The notes beneath the pieces were generated by a model, which worked only from the letters and a program-made list of their open reading frames with translations, was not told where the DNA came from and made no database searches. DNA of 61,464 nucleotides, filler included, from Diploschistes diacapsis (lineage: Eukaryota): the NCBI GenBank assembly GCA_023645945.1. It is 6 parts of 6 records of this genome, joined end to end, with 100 filler letters (N's around TTAATTAATTAA, not from the genome) between each part and the next. Parts side by side here need not be neighbours in the genome. Positions count along the whole stretch, not along the records: positions 20,573 to 30,750 come from JALAIB010000956.1; positions 30,851 to 41,017 come from JALAIB010000957.1; 4 more parts are not named here. The stretch is one strand, 5' to 3'. Within the stretch, counting starts at the first letter, position 1, and the number at the start of each line of letters is the position of its first letter. The translations under genes and the position numbers were made by a program. Below, piece after piece: positions 26,592 through 39,500 of this stretch.

Positions 26592-27661
26592 GGTCAATAT
26601 CAAGCCAATCTTAAAGGCACGGTAGGTGCGAGATCTTATTGCCCTACTGTAGCGTCGAGGAACGAAAGGCTCTGGCAGCCTTGACTTTAAAACCACTCGG
26701 TATGGAGCCTCCGATAGCGATGTCCTACACCATGTCGCGCAGAAAGGCTACGATGGTAGAAACAGATGCCCGTTCGGTCTCGTCCAACGTATTCGAATGG
26801 TTTGTTTTGACGAGAGTGGATTGAAAGGGGTAGAATTTAGAAATGGGCTGAAATAAATACACCGAACCATAGGTGAACGAAGAGAATGAACGATATCTAG
26901 AAGGCTCTCCTTGGGACTCTCTATCCCAGGTTGATGGCGGTGCTCATTTGAGACGAACCTTCATGGCGGTGCAAATCTCCGAAGAGATATCTGGCGCGAA
27001 TCTCAAGGAGGTATGAACAGGTGCGTTACTTACCCAAGTGCGCAGGCATAGACTAGCAAGGATCTAAGCAAAGGAGCTTATTCGCAACACTTTATTCTGT
27101 ACATTTTATCTGGTTCCCTTAAAAGGTGAACGCCTAAAAAAATGCCAAAACCACTGGAGGGTTTACATAGCCCCGTTTCACCAGGACCAAGCCACTTAAC
27201 GCGGCACCGCTAGCAGGATGAAGCAATTAGATGAAGGAAAGGCTCGGAGACATTTCATAAAGAAACAAATACCGACCTAACGCAGTACAAATGCATTGAT
27301 CGCGGTCTTCCCTCGTGTAAAATCAAGGACCTTGGAAATGGAATCGAGTTGCTTGAGGTCGAGCTCAGGAATCAGGAAAATGCTATAACAACGCGTTACA
27401 GTACTGCAGATGTTGGGGTACATCAGGACCTCCCTCGCTTTTCAGGAATAACCAATATAGAGCACCTCTTCAGTCGTGTATGTATGTAGTCTAGGACACG
27501 GTACGTACTCCTTTTTCCCATAATCAGTCTCGACAAGTGCAATTGAAGCCAAAAAAGAAATATGTCGGGGAAACCCTCCTCCGACTCCGGGTGATTACCT
27601 GTATATTACGTAAGTTCATCATCCTCTTGACTTCGAAATTTCTTCCTTCTTAGCTTCACAG

Positions 27662-28608
27662 GATAATGCTACTCATGGCTCTCCCATTATCCCCCAGCCC
27701 ACACCACGGAGACCATCACTCAGACCCCGCCTTTGGCTTATGTTTTCACAACTACATACACCACACGAACCCAGACCGTTTGGACGTTGAGTGGAGCTGC
27801 ATCCACCTCGACACCAATAGCCTCCTTCCCATCCGTAACTCCGACCCCGACCCTCCAGCCACGTTTTGATGCCGCGCAGGAGCAGAGGGCATCAACCGAG
27901 ACTAAGCCAGCTCAAGTTGGGGACGATCTGAACGCGACCGTTGCTCCTTCAGCGACGGAGGTCCCAGGACTACCTCTGCCGAACTCTGATATCGCCAGCT
28001 CGTGCTCTAATGACCCAGCGAGGTTCTACTCAGCATGTAGCTGCATTGGCGATACGGGTCAAACATACTACACCCATGCTACATCCACGGTTTCTATAAC
28101 TAGAACCGAGTCCACCTACACGCTCGAGCGCACAACGACCCTGACGGCCGAGGCCTGCGCTGCGACCGCTCTATTCGGGCTCCATGCGGACACCATCGAA
28201 TTCGGTGATACGGGTCTGCCAACATCGTCGCGTCCCATAGTCGCGTCCAACATAAGTTCGCCCGCTCGATGATGTCACCTGTGCTTCACCTCAACCGAAA
28301 ATTGCCGATATTTCCCTTACACAGCACCTGTGAACATAACAGGTCTGTACGCACCGGGAGGCGTCTGTGCATTGGATCTTGGAGGCGACACATGTCCTTA
28401 CGATACGCTTCCTACTTCCTACCATGGTACCCGGTATAACTAAATAACAGAAGGCATGTATATGGAAGGCGAGGGATCTAGAGCATCGTGGGGGTTTGGC
28501 CCATGCGCAGAAAAGGTGCCATATTTTTACGGCTATGAGACCGGTCGTGCAGCCGTTGGCAATTGTCCAGATTGCAATCCTTCGGTTTCTAAAACCGTGG
28601 TGGAATGA
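27662..28608 (+). pseudogene. Probable pseudogene of a Thr-rich, Cys-containing secreted or cell-wall protein
   Basis: One frame reads CYSWLS..Thr-rich..SSCSNDPARFYSACSCIG..SPAR*CHLCFTSTENC..GVCAL..TCP..N*..WGFGPC..CPDC. In-frame stops at 27664-27666, 28270-28272 and 28441-28443. No intact signal-peptide exon was found. Confidence 0.55.
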
Positions 28609-29253
28609 ATAATCGGCCTGCAGAACCCAGCCAACCTTGGCGTTGCTTCATCTTGACTATATTGTATTGGGTACGTGGCCACTGAAGAACATGATATCAA
28701 AGTGCAACGGAAACCAAGTTAAGCGAAAAATGGGGACGAATGCACGGAGATAGTAATTACTCCTCGCAACCAATCTCTTCTAGGTGGAAAGAAGCATTTG
28801 ATCGTGCATCGGATGGGTTTGCCCACGCATCCTGCCCCATGATCCATACCTTCCCAAATTCGGGACACTCTCTGGGATTATTAGTATGCCCTGTTTTGGG
28901 GTCGTACTGACAAATGAAGATATTTACAGTACAGGTCCACGTTGGTCTCGCTGAACTAGCACTATAATAATTTTTAAAGCAGACACGGAAATAAAGGCTG
29001 CGGACTTTAGAAGCTCACATCTTTAAGGATGGAATTAAAGAGGAATGGACTTAAGATATTTGAAAGGCATGTTTCAGTTTGTGAGGAAGTAGCATATTTA
29101 TATACATCCTGCCTACCCCCTTTGCTATGAAGATTAAACAATTTCCCATCCCCATTTCAAGAAACCGATTCTTCATTGATTATAAACCTTGTTTATTGGT
29201 TTAAGCGCCGCATCTCACTTGTGAATAATCGTTAGCCAACCTTCAAGGAAAAG

Positions 29254-30317
29254 ATGTCTCAGCGATATGCCGGCGCGCAGTCTCAAGGTTTCAAAAACTA
29301 TATAGAGAATGTTGCAATAGTTGGGGTAGGTTGCTCCCTGGGCTATACGGCCTGAATAAGCGTTGACTCTTGACGCAGGCTGCTGGAAGGATTGGAAAGC
29401 ATTTCGTTGCAGAGCTGCTGAAAACCGGCAAGCACAAGGTCACTGCAGTCACGCGAGAAGATAGCACAAGCCCGATGCCCGAAGGCGTCGAAGTCATGCG
29501 TGTCGACTACAGTGATCCATCTACACTCGCCAAAGCTATGAAGGGCCAAGACGTGCTTATCATCACAATGGGAGTTACCTCACCAAGCGACCAACACGCT
29601 AAGCTCGTAGAAGCTGCCGCAGAGGCGAGAGTGCCGTGGGTTTTTCCCAACGAATACGGCATCGACTGTGAGAACGAGGAGCTTGGTAGGGACACCATTA
29701 TTGGATCTGGGAATGCCAAGAATCGCGAAGAGATCGAGAAGCTTGGAGTGAGTTCCTGGATCGGATTCGCCTGTAGCTTCTGGTACGAGTTCAGCCTTGG
29801 CGGCCATTCCTGTCGATACGGATTCGATTTCAAAGAGAAGTCCATGGTCTGCATTGACGACGGCAACACCCCAATAAATACAACGACTTGGCCCCAGTGT
29901 GGCCGCGCAATGGCTAAACTTCTCTCACTTAAGGTGCTACCCGAGAATGAGCAGGACAAGAGCCCCTGCCTAGATATGTTCCGCAACAAGTTTGTGTACA
30001 TTTCCTCATTCTGCCTCAGCCAGAAGCAGATGATGCAGTCTGTTCTGCGTGTTACTGGCGACAACCCTGAGGACTGGAAGATCACTTACGAGAATCACAA
30101 GGAGAGATACAATGCTGGTATGAAAGAGATGCAGCAAGGTGACATGAACGGCTTTGCCAAATTGCTCTACACCAGGCTCTTTTATCCAGATGGGTCTGGA
30201 AACTATGAAAAGACCAAAGGAACGCAGAACGAGCTGCTTGGTTTACCCAAGGAGGATCTCGACGAGTACACCAAGGTTGCCATACGGATGGCAGAGAACA
30301 ACGAAGTCCCCAGCTAA
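29254..30317 (+). CDS. NmrA/isoflavone-reductase-like (CipA-like) NAD(P)-binding oxidoreductase; intron 29326-29378
   Basis: Spliced N-terminus IENVAIVG|AAGRIGK gives a Rossmann motif, followed by VTAVTR, VDYSD, KLVEAAAEARVPWVFPNEYG, CSFWYEFSL and INTTTWPQCGRA. Confidence 0.88.
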
Positions 30318-30750
30318 GCCTAGGGTTTCGGAAGCGCTTATAAAAACCATGACAAGTAAAAAACCTATTAATTTCTAGACTGAGAGAGTAATTCAATATA
30401 GTAAGCTTGCATAGTGCGCATAGTATCCTCAGCTCGGTGACGATTTACCTTACCTGTTATACTGATGTCTTATTAATATCTTCAACTTGTCTATTTATCC
30501 ACATAAATACTTTCACCGCTCTTTGTTAACTGTGTAGTATATTAATAGTTCGGCTGCGGCGCGAGTTTTTTATTTATTCTTCGTTTATTTTGCAACCATT
30601 AATATCTGTAGTTATTTGTTGATTCTGGTGTTTTATGTAATGCTTCTATATGATAGTAGTATAATTATAGAAGAAACGTGTAACGTTTAGGAGGACTTCG
30701 GTGTTATGATCTTTATTTTTATAATATAGACACGAGGTATTAATTAAGAT

Positions 30751-30850
30751 NNNNNNNNNNNNNNNNNNNNNNNNNNNNNNNNNNNNNNNNNNNNTTAATT
30801 AATTAANNNNNNNNNNNNNNNNNNNNNNNNNNNNNNNNNNNNNNNNNNNN
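30751..30850. other. Artificial contig linker 3
   Basis: 44 N + TTAATTAATTAA + 44 N. Confidence 0.99.
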
Positions 30851-33808
30851 GGTGGTGGTGGTGGTGGTGGTGGCAGGGTCGCGGGGTTTCAGCGGCGCGA
30901 CGCTGACGGGCTCGGCGCCCAGGTCGACGGACAGGGCGTCCGAGAGGGCGCGGTTGAGGATGGCGATGACGCTGTTGTAGTCTTCTGCCAGGTGGTACAG
31001 CAGCACTGCGTCCGTTGTGCGGCCGGTGTCGTCGGCCACTTTCGCTGCCTGCATCGTGACGTTCCTCAGGTAGTCTTCTTCGTCGCGCAGTCCGATTAGC
31101 GGAAGACGCATCTCGATCGCTCCCTTGACGCGAGTGCCATCGCCGTAGATGTCTCCCAATAGCTGCGCAAACTCGCGGGTTTCGAGCACGAGCTCGCGCA
31201 GGGCTTCGTGGCAGAGTGAGGAGTGCGACTTGCCAATCTGTCCCGGTAGATCGGCGTTGAGGTGGATGAGGCACAGGTAGTCCGTTGCCGCTACGACGTT
31301 GGAGGCACGAAAGTCGCGTGTATAGTAGCCGAGCATGCGGGTAAAGTTAAGCTGTGGGCGCTCGCGGGTTGTTTCGGTTACTGTTGTGGGGGGGGTCAGC
31401 GAGCAAAGCATGTACGAAAGGGAGGTGCAGGACTCACGCAGCTCGGTATCAGAAGCGTTGAAGTCGGAGACGCGCAAGAGGCCATGGAAAGCGAGCGCGA
31501 TGGCAAAGTGCACGGCCGAGACGTACGAGTGCTTGTAGAGATAGTCGATGGCGTTTTCGAACATGCCGCCGAGGATCTGAAGATAGAAATAGGTGCCGTA
31601 GCCGGTCGTGCTCTCGGCGCACTTTGAAAAGTGTCGCTGGCCGATTTCGCGGATCGTTTCCTGAACTTCTTTGAGTCCGTATACCTCCGTAGCGAGCTCC
31701 TCGGCCCTGTTGGCTTCTCTGGCCAGGCAGAACTGCAACCAGATCCAATCCTCGACGCCCTGGCTGATATTCTCCAAGCTCCGCTTGCTGAGCTCGCACC
31801 TGCCGAGGATTTTGTAGCAGGCCATCCGATATGGATCCAGGGAGTTGTCGGGCGACAAGCGCATTCGTGTCGTGTACTCGTTGTTGATCTTCGTCTGCTG
31901 CTGAGGCGGCAATCTGCGGTCAGGCGATTTGACGAAATTGGTGATGTACGTCGCGAACATGCGATCGATGGTTTTGAAGGGGTTGTTGTTCTTGGCGACG
32001 TACTCCGCGGCTTCGTTGTAGAACCCACTCCGGAGCAGAAAAAAAATAAGGGCCCAACAGTAGTCGTCCCCGAGCCTCTGCAGGAAAGCTCCGTCAGGTG
32101 CCAGATCTTTTCTGGCAGCTCGCACACGTATGTAGGCCCGCACTTTGTTGACACGCGTTGGCGCTCCCCCAAGACTTGCTTCTTTGACATTTCGCGCTAC
32201 GTGGTTGGTAAGGTGCTCGAAGAATTGCTTTTCTAATGCTCCTCTTGATCCGGTGATGATCCTCTGCCTGACCTTGACAGACTGTTCGGAGCCAGTGTTG
32301 TTATCCAGGTACGCGTCCTTGAACTTTCGTGGTTTATAGGCAGTCTCCGTCTCTTCACCTGCAATTTCGATAAGGGCCTTGTAGGAATCAAGAAGGTGCT
32401 GTTCGGTGTCTCGGCTCGGAAACGCTTCGACGGCATGGAGCTCCTTGATTATCGGGTAAAACCTCTCTGCAAGGCGCGCCTCGTTTAGCTGCTGAACCTT
32501 TTCTGCGAGCTTTCCTTGCTTCTCTCTAAAAGAACGGTCTTCCTGGAGATTCGGGTAGGCGACCTTATCGGTCGACTCGCTGAACAGCTGCATGTTACCA
32601 GCACCCACGGCAGGCGCTCCTATGACGGACTTTTGCATGCCAGAAGGACCGAGGACGCTGCGACTCATTGTACTTCGGCTTGCTGTGTCTCCAGGCCTGC
32701 CTCTGCGCGAGGACCTCCCAAACCCTCCAGTGTCACCGACAGGGGGCGTGCCTATCGAGTCGCGGCCCATACCCCTAGGGGCTAGCCCAAAGTGCTCATA
32801 GACTCTCTTCTTCTGTTGTTCCCAATTCATATCCATATGCTCCTGGAGATACTCGTCGAACCTCTTGTTGGCCCGCTCGATCCCTTCGTTGATCATCTTC
32901 ATGGTCATTCGCTGCTGCATTTGCTCGACATACTTGCGGGAGTCTGGATCGAATTCTGGTTGCACAGCTGTCGGGGGCGGGGCCGCTGCGGATGCGTTGA
33001 ATGCATCCAGATCTCGAAGCGCGGATCCTGGATGCACGCCCGAGGCAGCGAGCAAGTAGTGTGCTCTGGTGTCGGCCGTCTTGTCCCGTCGTGCCTGCGG
33101 GCTGCCCAGCTCCCGTATTCTCTTTGATATATCGCCCAAGCCCAGCTGAAGGCTCGGCACCTCGTTGAACCCGCTCGCCTCTTCAATCCCGCGCGCCCTC
33201 TTCTTGTTCTTCTCCAGCAGACTGTTGAAATACGCCGAATGCTCTTGATTCTGCGCCGCGCGTGCAACGGACGCCGCCGGGCCTTGATGCTGCGCAGAGT
33301 TCGCGTTTGGATTCAACAAAGAGGGAAAGGCCGGTTTCTCCGGAGGACCGGCTTTTGGTCCGATAGTCCCTGCAGGCTTATATGCACCAAACCCTCCAAA
33401 AGCATTTGCTTCAGGTTTGGAAGCCGCACCCAGGGCGCTTCCGAAAGGGTTCGACGCAGCTGTCGAGGGGGGCTGAGACGTCGCGGTTGCAGCAACAGCT
33501 CCCCCGAACAGATTGCTACCGGAATTCCCACCTAATTTAGTCCCGCTTGAGCCAGCGAACGAGCTTGAGCTCGCAGCTGGAGCTGGCTGGGGAGTAGCGG
33601 ACGACGCACCACCTAAGCTACCGAAGACATTCGACGTCTGTCCTGGTTGCGAGGCTGCGCTTGAAGCTTGACCAAGGTTGCCAAAAGGGTTTGAGCCACC
33701 GCCCGTCTGGTTCGTGCCCCCTTGTGTAAAGATGCTACCCGTCTGATTCGCAGCTCCCTGAGTGAATATGCTGCCGGTCTGCCCTGGCTGCTGGTTGAAA
33801 AATGACAT
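30851..33808 (-). CDS. NIC96: Nucleoporin Nic96/Nup93, 3' truncated; in-frame intron 31381-31437
   Basis: PSLQLGLGDI, RAHYLLAASG, WALIFFLLRSG, DPYRMACYKILGRCEL, EDWIWLQF, AVHFAIAL, LRELVLETREFAQLLGDI and AVLLYHLAE are Nic96 motifs. Confidence 0.93.
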
Positions 33809-34778
33809 GATTACGGCGATGTCGTGGGAAAGATGCTACAGCAAGTCGATAGCAAGGGCATAGAAGCCGGCGGCGCGAAGAGGCTTTTCGTGAGTGGGGA
33901 TAGGCGAGCGCAATGAGGAGTAGATTCAGGAAACACGACGGAGCGGCCTCTGAAAAAGTCGCGCGATAACTTTCTTCTCTTTACGTTACGCGCCTATTAA
34001 GCGAAACGGGCGGAATAACATGTTACCGGGGCTCTGTCTGCCAGTACCCCCATATAAAGTTTGCTTAGAAAGTCCCATATGGTTTATTGTCTGTCATTTA
34101 AGAAGCGACCTCCCTAGCATCGAGCTGATAATATCAACAAACTGTTCGAGATCCCTTCACTACACCCCCCCTATTATAGCAGCTTTGTCCAGAGACCAGA
34201 AACGCTTTTGCACCTAGTTGACTTTGGAAACCCTATAGTGTACAGTAGATATGTGATATTATAATGCGAGACCACAGATACGTGAAGTGTTGCAGCATCT
34301 ACAAGCACAAAGCAACAACATAACAAGTGCGAGGGAAAGAAAGCTATGTACTAAAACTCTTTTGAGAGTCATCTTTTTGTTACCTGGAGTGGTATTGCTT
34401 TGCATTACCAGCTGAGAGCCCATGGTAAACCGATATCTCGGGCACTTGCTTGTTATAGTTGTGTCTATGGGGCTGTCAGAGGGCATCACCATACACCTGG
34501 AGTAAATGTTGAACTTGTATGTTGTCAATGCGGGAAGTCCCGCAAGTTGTTACTCATATTTTGATATTTGAAGTCCTCCTGAAGCTCACCATGTCCGATG
34601 ATCATCGACGTTAATTATCTCGGTACAGGTTTCCTTCCTGTTCTGACATGGGCCGTTGATCCTTGATGAGCGTCTCCTCGATGCTACCTTGTACTCTCAC
34701 TTGTAACGAGAGGTCCGGAGCTCGAGTCTCTCGAGACTCTGTTACCTCAACCACCAATCTCTTCATCACCGACCGGTC

Positions 34779-36505
34779 TCACCGCCAAGCTATATCTTTG
34801 GTGAACCACGTTTCTGACCCCACCACTTTGTAGTTCATCCTCACCCACCTGTTCCCTCCTTGCCAGTCGAGCTTCATGTCCGAGACTCTAGCCTCCACTG
34901 GGATGTCCTCGCAGCGTCTGGCATCTGGAATTCCCTGCTCCTCAAGGTGGACGAGTGTTTCTGCTGCCTGTGCCACGATCCGACTGTTCCATACCCCATC
35001 CTGCGCCTCGACAGACTGCAGCAGAGACAAGGCCCTTCGACGAATCGCAGGATCTCGACAGCACCTGACCACGGCAAACATGACCAACGAGAAACCCAGC
35101 TCGAGCGAGAAGGCCGGACCGGAATCCTTCATGGTTTGTAACGCCACCGCCTCGGCCGCACTGTCCACCATGTTTTCAAATGCCGCGCACTTCTCGTCCC
35201 AAAACATGGATTGGTTCGTCAGCGACTCCGCAAATCGTATCCTTAAGTCGGATACGTGCCGAAATAACGACAGATGCAGCCGGAGCGATATTGCCGCTTT
35301 TCTATCTGTCGGGACCTCTGACAGCTCACCGTATCTGAGTCTCTCGTCCAGGGCGTTGCACCATTGTTCGGTAGACTGATCAAAGGGTTCGGTAAAAGGG
35401 TAGCTGGGCTCCACCACACGCATGGAGTTGTGCAGTAATGCTTCGAGGCTCTCTCTCGCCTCAGCTAGCGACATTGAGGCATGGTCCTTCGATGGGCGCG
35501 GGATATGGTCGAGGAACCCAGTGTAAATGTATCCGGAGATCTAGGCTCCGTGAGCAAGGCCAGCGGCTGAAACGAGGCCGATCTTACTTGGGAGACCTGA
35601 GTCGCCAACCGTATGAAATAGGCCTTCAAGGTCGTCGAACGCCTATCTATCTCCAGAGAACGGCGGGTGCTTTGTTGAAGCTGCGTCAGAAGCTTTGTGC
35701 CGGACCAGAAAAGCTCCACTGCAGATGCGTGATTGCCCCGAAATACCTATCCAATTATTAGCAATCATTGCCAGGAGAGTTTTCAACCCACTTCTATCGA
35801 AAAAAACATGAGGCAGGAAAGTAACTGAACGAAAGAGGAAGATTGGACAGGCCTGGGCTTGACCAATTCCTTGATGGCGAGGTTGTATTCCCGCAGAGCG
35901 AAAGCGGACTCCGTACGGCCCAGCTTATGCAGGTTGCGAAAGTCTTCATGGAAACCCGCGAGAGCAGACACGGCATGTTGGATGCTGGGTTCTACCTGGG
36001 CGACTTGGAGGACAAGTCGGGACCAGAGCTCGTCTCGAAAGGGGCCGGCCAGCTCGAGGGAGGTTTTCTCCTGGAAGAACTGGAAAGACCTGACCTCTCC
36101 TGGTTCTTTCCACACTGCTCCGCTTACGGAGGGCAAAATGGGCACGAGAACTCTGGAGGACGGGCGGCTTGACGGTGGCTGATATTCATATCCATCGCAC
36201 TTGCGGCCGGACGAGCTGCCTTGATTTGAAAATCAGACCCTGATAGCAATGGGCGTGGCTTTGCTCACACTTGAGGCACGCTGGCTTTGTCTCATCACAT
36301 TTCACTCGCCGTACTATATTTCTCGTTAGTTGGTCCGGTGCTAGATATAGACGTTCCCCAAATCACCCCTAAGAGGAGCGTAAGTGGTTACGACCCTAGT
36401 AATTTATGCATGTGCGTGCGTATTAACCTACTTGCACGTCGAACATCCAGTTCTTACTTTTGGGGCCCTCGTTCTTTTTCTCTCTGCTTCTGCCACGCGG
36501 GTCAT
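34779..36505 (-). CDS. Zn(II)2Cys6 transcription factor with fungal TF (DUF3468-like) middle region; predicted 6 exons including a 2-nt microexon at 36367-36368
   Basis: Spliced product MTRVAEAERKRTRAPKVRTGCSTCKVRRVKCDETKPACLKCSSSGRKCDGY has CX2CX6CX6CX2CX6C spacing. It continues with EVRSFQFF, LWSRLVLQ..EPSIQHAVSALAGFHE and CRDPAIRRRALSLL..DGVWNS. Confidence 0.88.
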
Positions 36506-39500
36506 CTGGCCTGCAGGTTTGGCTCGACACAATGCAAATTATCCAGGAGGGCTGGCTGTTCTTCGACGGAGGCGAGGGTGTGTGTAGTACAGCTGGGCAG
36601 GAAAATAATTCAGAGACACTCTCGTATGGTCAAGCCAGCAGGGGACGGCCATGATAGATATCTGTCCTTCATTTGTTGGCAGCCTGAGAAGTTTGCATGA
36701 AAAAAAAGGAGGCACACATGCCGCCATATCCACTCGACAAGAACCCCCCCCCTTTTTACCCTGGGGAAAGAGCTGGACCATCGTTAATGGCTTGGCATCG
36801 TTCTTGGGTGGTTGTGCCCTTACGACACAGCTAATCACCATCGTGCAAATCTGTAGCACCGAAGGGCCAGCCCTACGGCGAACTATCGACGACCTTTTTT
36901 TCTTCAATAATGACATTACAAACGCGTATTCTTCACCTCGTATTTTGCACAGCTGAACCGTACCTCCGCCTGATTATTTCATTCGGGGGAAGGGTTGAGT
37001 GTCCCACAGCGGTAAGTCCGCCCGCAGCTTCAATTTGAAGCAAACAACCTGACAGTTGAAAGGATAACCACGGGCAAGCCCACTTCCATCACGAAACGCT
37101 CAGGAGAGCCTGGAAGACCGGCCCCCCACGACGCAGAGTGCGTATTGTGCGATCCTGAAGTTACCAAAAGGCAATAGCAGGTGCAGAGTCATGACAGGTG
37201 GGATATTAGCAGCGTGCTTGTTTGTTGAAAGCCAGATTTGGTGATGAATGAAAGCTTTTTTGAATGTTCCCCTCGGTTGGCCTTCGGCCGTTATCTTATG
37301 TCTTGAAAGCAAAAAAAAAAATGCTTCCATTCCCACCCTCGCTGGACTCTCGGACTCGAAGGTCCTCGGGAAAGCTCGGGACATGTCCTACCTACGCTCG
37401 AATCTGGCTTGGTAGGCGGATGATGTAGATGCAGACGAGCCCTGGCGCGTAGGGACGTTGGCGGAGCGTGGATACTATAATCAGGAGCAATGAGTGCTGG
37501 TTATACATGGATAAGCTTCTGAAGCTCTGTACAATGAATTTGCGACTGATGACTGCGGTTATATGGATGGTGCGCAAACGGCCGGATTGTGTAATATCTT
37601 GTGCGGTATAAGTCGAGTCGAGCAACGAAGAAAAAGGGTAGATACTATCGTTGAAAGCAAGACACAGAATGAGATTTCTCCTCAGCTTGCCTTTAGCCGC
37701 GATAAGTGGTACTCTTCTACTATCAATTTGCCCTATCCGGCTTTGAATCCAGAGAGACAAGCGTGAAATAGGAGAGCGATCTTGAGAACAACGAACTTCG
37801 AAAATTGTCCGAGCCTGGCTTCTCTCTACGGTCTTTCCCCACTACGTCGGCGCGCTTAATGGCAAGAACCCTCTGGAACCTTTATACAAAAACGGGTTCG
37901 ACGTTCATAGCCCCCCCAAGGGCCCTCAAAATCCCCTACTGCGCGCTAGAAAAAGAGGATGGTAGGCGTGCCTTGGCTGAGGGTCCAGAGACCGCATGTC
38001 CAGCGGTAGTTTGGTAACGCTGACCTGGTCCAAACTCGATCGCCTGATTCACTTCACATTGCAGATAGATTACCTACCTAGGCGAGTGGGAGCGCGATGA
38101 GATATGGCTTCGTCACATGGGGCCCTCCGCAAAGTACTTTTTGGTGGATGGAGACTATTTGCATTCCTACACTGCTGGAACTGCTGTGAGCAACGTCGTT
38201 AGATAGTAGCACCCGGCTCGCCGTACTTGCAGCACACAGCCCCAACCTGCAAGACGTATGATGTCTGAAAAGAAATAGAGATGGCCATCCCCAAGGGAAT
38301 GGTAAGGATTTGGACGGGGAGTACAGTGTCAAGAAGATGTAGGAAACATAGAGCCATTAGGCTTGTCCGTAATGCAAGCCACCAGTACCAGCATCGTGAA
38401 GCCATGATTTGACACAAGTCGTGAGCGAAGGGTTGAATGAAAGTCGGGAGAAGCCACACAACGTTCCAAAAATGCGCCGATTGAGCTGAAATAAGGAAGA
38501 TATCCATGTCTGTCGGAAGCATGCATGGAGTCACCATAGCTCATAACATTCCTTCTGTCACTCAAGACCAGAACGATCACCGGGACCGCCTTGTTCCGCT
38601 GGCCGAGAGGAACTGACAGAGCTTTGATTTAATCAAGCTGTATGGGGGTGAAGCGGCACCGAAGTGCATGATGGGTCTGAACAAGCCTGATCAGCTTTTG
38701 CAGCTCTTAGTGATGCAGGATCCTCGATCTGTGTACAACGGCATTCTTGATAGGAGTTGCCGATGGGGTCCATACTGGGCTCTGCAATCCATGACATAGG
38801 ACCCGTTCGGCTTGACTACGTGATGAGCATGACGCCATGTACCCGAATTAGGATTCTGATCATAGCTTTCGTTGATTGTTTGCTCATGGACCATGGTCTA
38901 CAGCCTTGGAGCAGCAGTAAGCAAAGAAACGAACTTTGGAACGATAAAGAGTATTATGGAGGAGGCACAGGGACTTCGACAAGTCAGTCTGTGGTGAGGT
39001 AACCTAACCAACAATGGTTGTCGTTTCGAGTCAGTAAGATATGCTCCGATGACCCGAAAGGATCCGCTTTAGCCACACACACTCAGGCTGTTGTAGGGAT
39101 GAAGCCCCGTTTGAAGGTATGCGGAAAACCCACACACACCCACCAACTAGAAATATAGACAAGCCGAATACATGTTCCACATGCGACATGGAATAGATTT
39201 GCAAGAGATAGAGACAGACAGCAAAGTAAGCAAGCTCGCTGACCTGCAGACTCCCTCTAGAAGTACTGCATCGAGGATGGACCCGGTGTCGAATCATGCA
39301 AAGGGAGGAGCGGATATATATCATCCTTACAAACTTTGGTGGTGCATGTCTGAAGTAGCAAGGAGGCAGGCAATGAGAAAGGTGATGAAATATCGTCCAT
39401 TTACCCGAGAGAGGGAATTCTCCGTACGAACCGGTCGAATATTTGTGAGCTTTGGCTTACCTGCCTGTGCCCCCCATGCGAAGGAGTGTCCTATCGGGTT

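Noticed and set aside
26592..26696. 35-aa N-terminal extension of the ABCA ORF in the track
   Set aside because: It starts at a non-ATG codon. The ATG at 26591 gives the typical ABCA N-terminus.
10366..30317. Apparent transport/detoxification cluster (ABCC, SDR, ABCA, NmrA-like)
   Set aside because: The genes lie on two contigs joined by an artificial linker. No backbone enzyme such as a PKS or NRPS is present, and the SDR is a pseudogene.
36314..36431. Stwintron (nested twin intron) reading of the Zn-cluster intron region
   Set aside because: Both introns have complete donor and acceptor sites without prior splicing, and two exonic bases must be kept to preserve the frame. A microexon fits better.
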